A model generated the notes under the pieces. It saw only the letters and a list, made by a program, of their open reading frames with translations, ran no database searches and had not been told where the DNA came from. DNA of 64,000 bases, from IMG/VR virus record IMGVR_UViG_3300010346_001536; one strand, 5' to 3'. Shown here in pieces: positions 49,145 through 58,286 of this stretch. This DNA is from a virus (taxonomy: Duplodnaviria; Caudoviricetes). The translations under genes were made by a program, and so were the position numbers. How positions within the stretch are numbered: the first letter of the stretch is position 1; the number at the start of each line of letters is the position of its first letter.

Positions 49145-49624
49145 ATGAATTTCAAAGAAAAAATAAATGAAAAAGATTTATTTAAAATTCCTCGATATTG
49201 GTATCATATTTCAACGACTTTAAAACATAAGAGAATTAGATTAAAACCAAGAGATAATGATGCCGGTTTTAATCGTAATGATTCCGAACCAGAAGTAAAA
49301 CGTACATGTGTCGGTCCTTCGATATCTCATTGTTTTGCGGCCGTTCCTTATGATTCGGATGATACTTTTAATATTTATCGAACATCCAGAAAAGTTAAAG
49401 CGGTACGTCCTTATGATATTTATGACTCTCACATTACTCTTGAAGGATGGCTGTTGAGACCTGTAAGTTTTATAAAGATTGGAAGTCTTTCTCTTCTTTA
49501 TGTACAAAATAAATTGGGCAGTGTTATACAAGAAAGTGCTTCGAGTGGTAGTTTGCGTCGGACTACTAAAGTTTTAAAGTGGTGGCAAAATAAAGATTTG
49601 ACTCGTTTTATTCGACCTCTTTAA
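49145..49624 (+). CDS. hypothetical protein, paralog of 47397..47906 (possible ADP-ribosyltransferase-like fold)
   Basis: YWYHIST, E..V.R.CVGPSISHC, D..ITLEGW. Confidence 0.7.
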   Translation: MNFKEKINEKDLFKIPRYWYHISTTLKHKRIRLKPRDNDAGFNRNDSEPEVKRTCVGPSISHCFAAVPYDSDDTFNIYRTSRKVKAVRPYDIYDSHITLEGWLLRPVSFIKIGSLSLLYVQNKLGSVIQESASSGSLRRTTKVLKWWQNKDLTRFIRPL

Positions 49625-49771
49625 TTTTTAAAGTATATGAATGATAAAAATGAAATTGATGAGGATTTAGCAGCACGCAATTTGTTCATAGCACTATACA
49701 TCCTATTAATAGGAAATTTATTTTTATTAATTCTCATTTCATTTTTATAATAGAGTAATTTAATACTTTTT

Positions 49772-50329
49772 ATGGCTACATATTTGTTTATGGATTGTGA
49801 AATGGGTGGCAGTGAATTAAAATATTCTTTGCTTGCCGCTTATTTTTCTATTACTGATGATAAATTTAACATCATAGATAATTTATATCTTCAAGTAAAA
49901 CCCGATGATGGAGTATATATTGTAAGTGGGCAAGGAATGCAAATTAATAAGATTAATCTTGCTATCCATGATGACGTAGCCATTCCCTATAAAAAAGCTA
50001 AACCTTTGTTATATGATTTTCTTAAAAGAAATTCAAACGGAATTCCTTGTTTAATTCCAGTTGGACATGGAGTAAAAAGAGATATATCTCATATCACCGA
50101 CAAATTAATTAGTGATAAAACGTGGGAACAATTTTGTACGTATCATTATATTGATACTTCTGTGTTTTTGCAAATTTTACGATTACAAGGTAAGATTCCC
50201 AATCATATAGATGGAAGTGTTTCTAAATTAGCCAATCTATTTGATATTAGAGTTGAAGGCGAGGACCACGATTGTCGAATAGATACTTTGAAGAATATGA
50301 AAATTTTTCAAAGAATGCTTTCTTTATAA
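49772..50329 (+). CDS. DEDDh 3'-5' exonuclease
   Basis: FMDCEMGG, VGH.V..D, IDT, H.C..D. Confidence 0.8.
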   Translation: MATYLFMDCEMGGSELKYSLLAAYFSITDDKFNIIDNLYLQVKPDDGVYIVSGQGMQINKINLAIHDDVAIPYKKAKPLLYDFLKRNSNGIPCLIPVGHGVKRDISHITDKLISDKTWEQFCTYHYIDTSVFLQILRLQGKIPNHIDGSVSKLANLFDIRVEGEDHDCRIDTLKNMKIFQRMLSL

Positions 50330-50340
50330 AAATTAATAAT

Positions 50341-51000
50341 ATGAAAATAAAAATACAAGAAAGCGAAGAACAAAAAATTTATGTAACTTCGGATACTCAT
50401 TTTGGACATAATCCTAATTGGCCAGTTCCTATTTGGGAGTCGCGGGGGTTTAAGAGTGTAACGGAACACGATAGTATAATAATTAATTCTATTAATAGTG
50501 TTGTACGTCCAAATGATATTTTATTTCATTTAGGAGATTTTTGTCTTAACACTACCATAGAACAATTTGATTCTTATTTATCACGTATTCAATGTCAGAA
50601 TATATGGTATTTATTTGGAAATCATAACAATCCTCATGAAAAATCTATTTATCGCAAAGCGATGGGGCAGAATCGAATAGGACCATTTCCAATAGAAACA
50701 TATCCTTTTCAATATAAAAATATGCTTTATATTGGAAATCGTATTAATGCTATTTTAAATGGACAATTTTGTGTTTTAGACCATTTTCCAATATATGTAT
50801 GGGAAGAGATGCAGAATGGGTCTTGGATGCTTTGTGGACATTCTCATAATAATTGCGAATTGAGCCGTGCGAGTACTACCACTGGCAAAATATTAGACGT
50901 GGGTTGGGATGGACACAAAGCGGTGTGGTCTCTAAAAGAGATTCATAAAGTTATGAGTAGAAAACAGTTTGTTATGGTGGACCATCACCGAAACGAATAA
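50341..51000 (+). CDS. metallophosphoesterase
   Basis: TSDTHFGH, HLGDF, GNH, HFP..W, GHSH, DVG.D. Confidence 0.9.
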   Translation: MKIKIQESEEQKIYVTSDTHFGHNPNWPVPIWESRGFKSVTEHDSIIINSINSVVRPNDILFHLGDFCLNTTIEQFDSYLSRIQCQNIWYLFGNHNNPHEKSIYRKAMGQNRIGPFPIETYPFQYKNMLYIGNRINAILNGQFCVLDHFPIYVWEEMQNGSWMLCGHSHNNCELSRASTTTGKILDVGWDGHKAVWSLKEIHKVMSRKQFVMVDHHRNE

Positions 51001-51016
51001 AAGATTATTAAAATAT

Positions 51017-51319
51017 ATGGGACTTGAATATATACCTAAACAACCAGAACAACAGGCTTCGCCTAAATCTGAATATGTATTGGTTAAAGATGTAACAGGA
51101 AAACCGCCTCCAAAGCGTGGTCCTCAAATTTTGAAAGCCATTACTTATATAAAAAATGAAGAGACGGGCGAGTTTCAAAAAGCCCAACTCGAATTTAAAG
51201 TACCATATCCGCCAAAACCCAAATGTAAAAAATGTTATGGTCGAGGATACCAAGGACTTGTCACTGTGGGCGAGCAACGTGGTATTATCGTTTGTAAGAA
51301 ATGTTATCCAATGCTATAA
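51017..51319 (+). CDS. small Zn-finger protein (CxxCxGxG...CxxC)
   Basis: CKKCYGRG ... CKKC. Confidence 0.65.
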   Translation: MGLEYIPKQPEQQASPKSEYVLVKDVTGKPPPKRGPQILKAITYIKNEETGEFQKAQLEFKVPYPPKPKCKKCYGRGYQGLVTVGEQRGIIVCKKCYPML

Positions 51320-51323
51320 ATAT

Positions 51324-51518
51324 ATGAAACTATTATTCTTCTTTTTAGGATTATTATTACTTGTTGGCTGTGCTACCGAAGTGGGAGTTTATTCTCCTCC
51401 TCCACCCACTGTTATTTATTACCGACCGTATTGTGGCCCCTGTTTACATAATAGGCCATTTTGCGGTCCTCGTTTTCATGGTCATTACTGGTGCCCCCGG
51501 TATTATTATCGCCCCTAA
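51324..51518 (+). CDS. small lipoprotein
   Basis: MKLLFFFLGLLLLVG-C lipobox; Pro/Tyr/His-rich tail. Confidence 0.7.
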   Translation: MKLLFFFLGLLLLVGCATEVGVYSPPPPTVIYYRPYCGPCLHNRPFCGPRFHGHYWCPRYYYRP

Positions 51519-51613
51519 AGAAATTTCTATATCTTACTCCTTTTCAAAATTTGTCCATAAAATTTGACAAATAAAATTTGACAAAAGATGGACATGTGTT
51601 ATATTGTTGGCAT

Positions 51614-51802
51614 ATGAAAAATAAACTATCTACAAATTTTAATAATTCGGATTTTGACAAAGACTTTGATAAACTTGAAAAGTCTATGTTTTCTGCTATT
51701 AAAGTATTTATGTGTGCCTGGGTGATATGGGTGGGACTTATCCTTATTGGTATTGGTGCTGCGGGGTATATGGCATGGCACTTTATTTCCAAGTTGTGGT
51801 AA
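51614..51802 (+). CDS. small membrane protein
   Basis: One long hydrophobic segment; promoter TTGACA-N16-TATATT at 51578-51605. Confidence 0.6.
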   Translation: MKNKLSTNFNNSDFDKDFDKLEKSMFSAIKVFMCAWVIWVGLILIGIGAAGYMAWHFISKLW

Positions 51803-51901
51803 GATAACTCATAAAAAACACAATCATGTAGAAACCGGGGAAATTTCTATTTGACAAACTCTGAAACTGTGTTATATTAACGGCAAACAATAAAAAACGC
51901 T

Positions 51902-54280
51902 ATGATACCAAACGAAACATTACAAGAAGTATCTTCAATTGGACCGCTGGTTCCAGTCACTGAATTTCGCTTGACTCAAAGTACTCAAGCTCGAATTCTA
52001 TCAACATTGTCGGACAACATATATACTCGTAAATCCTTAGCCGTTATACGAGAATATAGTACTAATGCTGCTGATGCCCATGTTGTTGCCGGTAAACCCA
52101 TTGACCGAATCGAGGTTACTCTTCCTACGATGGATAATCTTAACTTTCGAATCCGAGATTATGGACATGGTTTGTCAGATACGGAGTTTAAAGATATTTT
52201 TTGCGTTTTTGGAGAATCAAGCAAGCGCACGGACAATCGTCTGAATGGAGTTCTCGGCTATGGATGTAAGGCGGGATTTGCTCATGCTGATACATTTACG
52301 ATAACTTCATGGAATAATGGAGTAAAAACCATTTATCAATGTATTAAGGGAGATTCTACCAAACTACCCGGCGTTATTCAACTGGAGAGTTGCCCTAGTG
52401 CGGAGCCTAGTGGCATCGAAGTCATGGTCCCCGTTAAAGTTGATGCTTGGCACTCGTTTCATCTCGATGCCATCGAGTTTTATCGCCACTGGCCTGTAAT
52501 GCCAACTATTAAGGGGTTAGACGACGTAAAACTTGAAAAGCTAAATAAATATCGTAACGTCCCACCCTCCCTTAAGGGGGAAAATTGGGAAATTCGACCT
52601 CCCGCAGGTTCGGCTAAGGGGATTGCTTATATGGGATGGGTTCCATATACTATTGATTGGAATGTTCTATATCATAAAATGGCCCTGGATGCCAAATCTC
52701 GCGCTCTGTTCGAATTGCTGAGAAGTAATGATGTCATTCTTTATTTTCAATTAGGAGATGTTGAATTTGTAACTTCGCGGGAAAGTCTTGAATATACCGA
52801 AAAAACTATTAATATTTTAAAGTCTCGCATTGAAGAAATTTTTGCTAAAATCAAAGATTCCATTCAAGAAAAATTTACTGATTTGCCTACAATTTGGGAT
52901 GCTAAAATTATGTATAATTCTATTTTTAGCACGGGATACCTTGAACTTGAAAGTAGTGAAAATGACGACGAAATTATTGAAAATATAAAGATTTTGAATG
53001 GAAATCTGTCACAATTAGAAAACACATTTAAAGGTGCTTTTTCATGGAAAGGTATTACTCTTGATGGAGCATCTTTTACTAATCTTCATCGGTTTGATAA
53101 TTCCAACCCGTCGTCTCTTATAGAAGATGGCAAATCACCAGAATCTCCGGTTCTTGTAACTTATCGTAAGAAACGGAGCCGGGTAATAGTCAACCGCTGT
53201 GATAGGTATAGTAATAATATTATTACGGCTTCCAATTCGGTTTTGGTGGTAGAAAATGATACGGGTCGTAAAATTGGACAGCAAATGGTAGCTCGATATC
53301 TTATTCATGGAGCACCCAAACCCTATAAAATTGTATATTTTCTTTCTTTTACGAATAAGAACGTTAGGGATTTGTTTTTCAAAGAGAATCATTTTGAAAC
53401 GGTTCCTGTTTCTAAGATGTCTGACCTTTGGCCTACGGCTAAGCAGTGGCAAACGAATAATAAAACTCATCGAGAGGCTAAAGGGGAAAGAGTCAGTGTT
53501 TACTCTGTAAAATATATTAATATCGAAGGCGAAAATATTGAAGAGGATAAACTTTCTTCTCAAGAAATCAAAGAGGGCGGAGTTTATGTTTTGTTGGATT
53601 CAGTAGTCCATCGACGACGCCGGTATCTTTCTTCCAGGCCAGTTTATTATGTTAAAGGTCTCAATTACCATGTAATTGATGCTAATATGAACCTTTGTCA
53701 TTTTAAAACGGTTGTTGAAGAATTGGACTTAGATGTAGATAAAATTTTTATTATTAATAACAAAACTCTTAATTCAAAGTGGTTTGATAAAAACATCAAA
53801 TCGGGAAATTGGATAGATTTTTGGACTTTGGTAAAGGAAAACAGTTCTAATTTTTCTACTAAAGTCGATAAATTAATAGACTTTGGGCATTACAAAGATG
53901 GTTTGATGTGCCAAACGGCCGCTCGTATGCTTTTGCCGATGATTAGAGATAATACTACTCATCTCAGTAAGTATATTGATAAGATAAGCAGTTTTGATAT
54001 TAAAACGATTGATTCTATTAAACATGCTTTAGTTGCTTTTACTAGCTTGAATATATTGAGCATCATTAAGGGGGAGAATACGGGAACATATGATTTTAAG
54101 ACGGCATCTCAATATATTAAAGAAAAGTATCCGCTAGTTAATTGGGATAACCTAGCGTATAAAAGCGAAGTCAATTCCGAACTCATAATTAATATTGCTA
54201 AGTACATTAATGCGATGGATATGTATGTTAATTCAACTCATGGTACTGAGCCCATTGAAAAAATTTCTTCGGAAGAATGA
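51902..54280 (+). CDS. rIIA: rIIA-like protein (GHKL/HATPase N-terminus)
   Basis: LS..IY, A.IREY.TNA.DAH, IRDYG.GLS, ES.KR..N...G.LG.G.K, SRE.L; precedes rIIB; promoter at 51851-51878. Confidence 0.85.
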   Translation: MIPNETLQEVSSIGPLVPVTEFRLTQSTQARILSTLSDNIYTRKSLAVIREYSTNAADAHVVAGKPIDRIEVTLPTMDNLNFRIRDYGHGLSDTEFKDIFCVFGESSKRTDNRLNGVLGYGCKAGFAHADTFTITSWNNGVKTIYQCIKGDSTKLPGVIQLESCPSAEPSGIEVMVPVKVDAWHSFHLDAIEFYRHWPVMPTIKGLDDVKLEKLNKYRNVPPSLKGENWEIRPPAGSAKGIAYMGWVPYTIDWNVLYHKMALDAKSRALFELLRSNDVILYFQLGDVEFVTSRESLEYTEKTINILKSRIEEIFAKIKDSIQEKFTDLPTIWDAKIMYNSIFSTGYLELESSENDDEIIENIKILNGNLSQLENTFKGAFSWKGITLDGASFTNLHRFDNSNPSSLIEDGKSPESPVLVTYRKKRSRVIVNRCDRYSNNIITASNSVLVVENDTGRKIGQQMVARYLIHGAPKPYKIVYFLSFTNKNVRDLFFKENHFETVPVSKMSDLWPTAKQWQTNNKTHREAKGERVSVYSVKYINIEGENIEEDKLSSQEIKEGGVYVLLDSVVHRRRRYLSSRPVYYVKGLNYHVIDANMNLCHFKTVVEELDLDVDKIFIINNKTLNSKWFDKNIKSGNWIDFWTLVKENSSNFSTKVDKLIDFGHYKDGLMCQTAARMLLPMIRDNTTHLSKYIDKISSFDIKTIDSIKHALVAFTSLNILSIIKGENTGTYDFKTASQYIKEKYPLVNWDNLAYKSEVNSELIINIAKYINAMDMYVNSTHGTEPIEKISSEE

Positions 54281-54336
54281 AGAAAAAATCTAAAGTACTG
54301 GCTTGACAAATTAAAAAACTGGAGTATATTAACGCT

Positions 54337-56115
54337 ATGATTAAATCTATTGTAAGAACGCAAAATACTATTGTGGTGGTAGATGAGCTCGGGGTAAAAA
54401 CCGCTCGTGCAGACCATCCAAAGTGGAAAGAACTCAATGTAATTTTTGATTGTATTGATTGTAAAGATGGTGAATTTGTTGGTCCAGTCGATACTTTGTT
54501 AACCCTGATGGACATTCGCTCCGCCATCGAGCTTTATACAGATGAATTTCTTTCTGTTAATGAGACGGGAGTAACCTATGCCGGGCATCCTATTCATACC
54601 GTTGATGCTGAGCGGTTGTTGGCTTTTATGCGGGAGGGACTAAACTATAGGCCGATTGCCAATTATATTAAACGCAAGATGAAGAATCCATCTTCCCGGG
54701 CTATTTCGGAAATGTATAATTTCCTTGAACATAAGAATATGCCGCTTACTCCCCGGGGAACGTTTATTGCCTATAAAGGCGTGAGTATGGACTTTTGGTC
54801 TGTTTATGGAAATAAAGATACGGTTGTACTTCAGGGAAAGGTAAATTCTGAGGGTAAAATTCTTAATGCAATTGGTTCAACTATTGAAGTCGCTCGCTCT
54901 TCTGTGGACGATGATTTTCGAGTTGGTTGTTCACATGGTTTGCATGTTGGTTCGCTTGAATACGCCTCGCGGTGGGGGCAGCGGGTGGTCCTTGTCGAAG
55001 TGGACCCGGCCGATGTCGTTTCTGTACCCGAAGATTGCAGTTGCCAAAAACTTCGCTGCTGCAAATACACCGTAGTTTCCGAATATACTGGCCCAATGCC
55101 GGACACCCTTACTACTGAATTCGAATCCGAAGAAAATGGGGATGGAGATGAGAATGATGACGACGAAGCGTTTGATGACGACGAAGCGTTTGATGACGAC
55201 GAAGCGTTTGATGACGACGATGAGTCTGATGACGACGATGAGTCTGCCGACGACGATGAGTCTGCCGACGACGATGAGTCTGCCGACGACGATTTTTTAA
55301 AAAATTGGTGTGCGGACTGCGGATATCACGTGGATAAATGCGAGTGCCAAAAAAAGTGTCCTGAATGCGAATGTAATCCCGACAATTCTAATGACCCCCC
55401 CGGTGACGGCACAATACCCGAGGACCATTTTTTAAAGCGGTGTGCGGATTGCGGATTTCATGAGGATAAATGCGAGTGCGACGAAAAAAAGTGTCCTAAA
55501 TGTGGACAAGACTCGGAATATTGTGGGTGTGACCCGGACGGAGAATGCCCTGTTTGCGGCCATCACATGGACTGCTGCGAATGCGATTATGAAGAGTGCT
55601 CTAAATGCGGAAAACACCCCGACTATTGTGAATGTGAAAAGAGTTCAGAATGTAATACCCAAAACAAAGATTGTAATACTAAAGAGGATGTAAACCCTTC
55701 GAATGAATCGTCGAAAGATTTTAATTCTATGAAGGATATTTTTCCTGGTATAATTCAAGAAAAATCCACCGAAGATTCGTGTGTAAAATTTGAAGAGGGC
55801 AAAGTGATTCCAATTTTTTCTCAGATTACTTATGACCGTTTAGTATCTATTATTAGTGATGAAACGGGTATTTCAAAAGAACTTCTATTACCTAATAAAC
55901 GTATTATTATAGATTCTTTTGAATGGCTTGATATTATATTGGATATTGAAGATACATTCGATATTGAAATTTCTGCCGAAGAAGAAAGCAAATTTATTCA
56001 TAGCACGGTAGCGGAAATATGTAATCATATTGACCGTCGTGTTGAAGAGCAAAAGGCAAACAAAAATAACACTCCTACTGTTGGCCAAAAACCTTCTGGT
56101 TTGAGAGAAGAATAA
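54337..56115 (+). CDS. rIIB: rIIB-like protein with acidic repeat, Cys-rich repeats and C-terminal ACP-like domain
   Basis: NPS.RA..E.Y.FL, LT..G.FIAYKGV, CS.GLH.GS..YA, V.VDPADVVSVP.D....KLR.C.Y.V. Confidence 0.85.
   Translation: MIKSIVRTQNTIVVVDELGVKTARADHPKWKELNVIFDCIDCKDGEFVGPVDTLLTLMDIRSAIELYTDEFLSVNETGVTYAGHPIHTVDAERLLAFMREGLNYRPIANYIKRKMKNPSSRAISEMYNFLEHKNMPLTPRGTFIAYKGVSMDFWSVYGNKDTVVLQGKVNSEGKILNAIGSTIEVARSSVDDDFRVGCSHGLHVGSLEYASRWGQRVVLVEVDPADVVSVPEDCSCQKLRCCKYTVVSEYTGPMPDTLTTEFESEENGDGDENDDDEAFDDDEAFDDDEAFDDDDESDDDDESADDDESADDDESADDDFLKNWCADCGYHVDKCECQKKCPECECNPDNSNDPPGDGTIPEDHFLKRCADCGFHEDKCECDEKKCPKCGQDSEYCGCDPDGECPVCGHHMDCCECDYEECSKCGKHPDYCECEKSSECNTQNKDCNTKEDVNPSNESSKDFNSMKDIFPGIIQEKSTEDSCVKFEEGKVIPIFSQITYDRLVSIISDETGISKELLLPNKRIIIDSFEWLDIILDIEDTFDIEISAEEESKFIHSTVAEICNHIDRRVEEQKANKNNTPTVGQKPSGLREE
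55156..55293 (+). repeat. 18-bp tandem repeat, ~7.7 units (DDDEAF x3, DDDDES x2, ADDDES x2+)
   Basis: GATGACGACGAAGCGTTT x3, then GATGACGACGATGAGTCT x2 and GCCGACGACGATGAGTCT x2. Confidence 0.95.
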
Positions 56116-56168
56116 CATACCTTCCAAAGGAAGAACAGTACTCGTTTTATAGCGTTCACGAGACTGTT

Positions 56169-56206
56169 GGCGAGGAGACTTCCCCCCTGTGTCTCCTCGC
56201 CTTTTT
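56169..56206 (+). terminator. intrinsic terminator after rIIB
   Basis: GGCGAGGAGAC / GTCTCCTCGCC 11-bp stem followed by TTTTT. Confidence 0.9.
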
Positions 56207-56364
56207 CGAACTTAAAATATTGAACTTTCACCTTGACTCTTGATTAAAAGAGTGCTATCTTAATACTATGAATGATAAATCTAATTATTTACCGAGACGA
56301 TTTGGATGTTGTTCGACCTCTGGGCGGCATTCTCGCGGATTGTGACAGAAACGTTTTGTAAAAT

Positions 56365-56601
56365 ATGACATTCTTCATTATTATTTGTTTTTGTATATTT
56401 TTCGCCGGAATTTATTTAAAAGAGGATGTTCATATAACAATTTCCACTTTATATAAGTTATTTCTTTTCATGTATTTACTGGTGAAATATATGCAAGTAG
56501 ATGAAAGCGGTGGTACTTTTAAAGATTACATACAAAAAGTTGCTCCAGGTGTACTATTTTTAACTTTTATGTTTGTAATGATGTATGCCACATTAAGATA
56601 A
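56365..56601 (+). CDS. small membrane protein
   Basis: Three hydrophobic segments. Confidence 0.6.
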   Translation: MTFFIIICFCIFFAGIYLKEDVHITISTLYKLFLFMYLLVKYMQVDESGGTFKDYIQKVAPGVLFLTFMFVMMYATLR

Positions 56602-56602
56602 T

Positions 56603-56770
56603 ATGAAACTAACTACTGAACCGGAAAAATTACTTGCTAAAATTGAAGAACGAGGGGGATTAAAAGTTCAAGATGCAAATTCTTGTAATGTACCTTTAAG
56701 TATTGTATATTTGCAAAAAGGAAATCGGTGGGAAGATTCTTTTTATTTTTGGAAAGACGAGAAAGAATAA
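56603..56770 (+). CDS. 55-aa hypothetical protein (below ORF-track cutoff)
   Basis: MKLTTEPEKL...WKDEKE exactly fills the gap between neighbours. Confidence 0.55.
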   Translation: MKLTTEPEKLLAKIEERGGLKVQDANSCNVPLSIVYLQKGNRWEDSFYFWKDEKE

Positions 56771-56774
56771 AAAT

Positions 56775-57587
56775 ATGTATAAACACAACGTTCATCTTAT
56801 TTCTATAGATTGTCAAAACGATTTTTGTATTCCCAATGGCCCGGGCGGAGAAAAAGGCTCTTTAGTAATCGCCGGAGCCGACCAAGATATGGTTCGATTG
56901 GGAGAATTTATTTCTCAAAACAAAACTCGCATCAATCAAATTCATTGTACTTTAGATTCCCATCAATATGTACATATTGCTCATCCTGCTTTCTGGATAA
57001 ATTCTAACGGGGACCATCCCAAACCATTTACGTTAATTTCCGAAGATGATATAAAAAATGGTGTATGGCGAGCGTTTAATACAACATGGCAAGATAGAGC
57101 CAAATCTTACATTGAAACTCTTGCTCGAAATGGACGATATATTCTATGTATTTGGCCGCCTCATTGTCTCATTGGTACATGGGGTCATTCAATTGTCCCC
57201 GTAGTTTCCAAGGCCCTATATGAATGGGAAGCCCAATTCAATCGGGTTAATTTTATTACCAAAGGTACGAATTTATTTACTGAACATTATTCTGCGGTTC
57301 AGGCAGATGTTCCTGATAATGATGACCCCAGTACAAAATTAAATACTGCTTTTATTGATATGCTTGCTAAAGCGGATGAAATCCTTATTTCAGGAGAAGC
57401 ATTATCTCATTGTGTTGCTAATACTATTCGCGATATAGCGGCCCATTTGGGGACCGACCAAGTACAAAAGTTTACATTTCTGGAAGATACTTCATCAAGT
57501 GTTTGTGGATTTGAACAATTGGGAAGAGATTTTATCAATGAAATGGTTAATAAAGGAATGAAAATTACTAATACAAAAGAATGGTAA
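56775..57587 (+). CDS. pncA: nicotinamidase (isochorismatase/cysteine hydrolase family)
   Basis: IDCQNDFC, GSL...GA, TLDSH, WPPHC..GT.GH, KG.N..TEHYSA, GEA.SHCV. Confidence 0.8.
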   Translation: MYKHNVHLISIDCQNDFCIPNGPGGEKGSLVIAGADQDMVRLGEFISQNKTRINQIHCTLDSHQYVHIAHPAFWINSNGDHPKPFTLISEDDIKNGVWRAFNTTWQDRAKSYIETLARNGRYILCIWPPHCLIGTWGHSIVPVVSKALYEWEAQFNRVNFITKGTNLFTEHYSAVQADVPDNDDPSTKLNTAFIDMLAKADEILISGEALSHCVANTIRDIAAHLGTDQVQKFTFLEDTSSSVCGFEQLGRDFINEMVNKGMKITNTKEW

Positions 57588-57615
57588 TTTATTAATATAT
57601 TGTCCCCTTTGAAAT

Positions 57616-57939
57616 ATGTTGGCATATAAATTATTTCGCAAACGAAAAAACGGGACTTTGGGTCCATTATTTATTAATCGGCCCCAAATTATAATTCCTA
57701 ATATGTGGTTACCTGCCAAAGCATATAAAACCAAAGGTTATTCCTATCGGCCTGGATGGCACTGTTGTTATAAACCCAATGCTCCTCATCTTAAAATGGA
57801 AGGTCGAGTATGGTGTCTTGTTGAAATTGAAGACTGGGTCGAAATTTACCGCCCCGAATCTCAAGGTGGATTGTGGTATCTTTCACAATGGATAAAATTA
57901 TTGAAAGAAACTGATTATACTCATGAATATAAAATATGA
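57616..57939 (+). CDS. conserved phage hypothetical protein
   Basis: AYKLFR, L.PLFIN, RPGWH...P.APHL, RVW..VE, QGG.W. Confidence 0.7.
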   Translation: MLAYKLFRKRKNGTLGPLFINRPQIIIPNMWLPAKAYKTKGYSYRPGWHCCYKPNAPHLKMEGRVWCLVEIEDWVEIYRPESQGGLWYLSQWIKLLKETDYTHEYKI

Positions 57940-58256
57940 AATATAAAACTATGAAATATAAAACTATAAAACATAAACCATTAAAGTGTATTGATTGTGA
58001 TTGTTATCCTTGGGATATAGGAGAGGATTTTCTTGTTAATGATGGATTATGGATATTTACCATGCCCATTAATAAACGAAACGGCATTATTTGTATAAAA
58101 TGTTTTGAAAAACGATTGGGTCGTAAATTAAAAAGAAAAGATTTCAAATCTTGGTTTCGAAATAACCGATGGTATGGCGACCGCCGCCGCAAACTGAATA
58201 ATCCCCCGTCTGATTTGTTAATTAATAGATTAAATTTGTACCAAAATAAAATTTGA
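57936..58256 (+). CDS. Zn-binding hypothetical protein
   Basis: C.DC, F.V.D.LW, ICIKCFEKRLGR.L..DF. Confidence 0.7.
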   Translation: MKYKTMKYKTIKHKPLKCIDCDCYPWDIGEDFLVNDGLWIFTMPINKRNGIICIKCFEKRLGRKLKRKDFKSWFRNNRWYGDRRRKLNNPPSDLLINRLNLYQNKI

Positions 58257-58286
58257 CTTTTTAACTTTGTAATATATGATGATACT

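Noticed and set aside
55156-55293. CRISPR-like repeat
   Set aside because: In-frame 18-bp tandem coding repeat without spacers
56268-56345. 25-codon ORF after the promoter at 56233
   Set aside because: Well placed for leaderless translation but has no recognisable features; too weak to call
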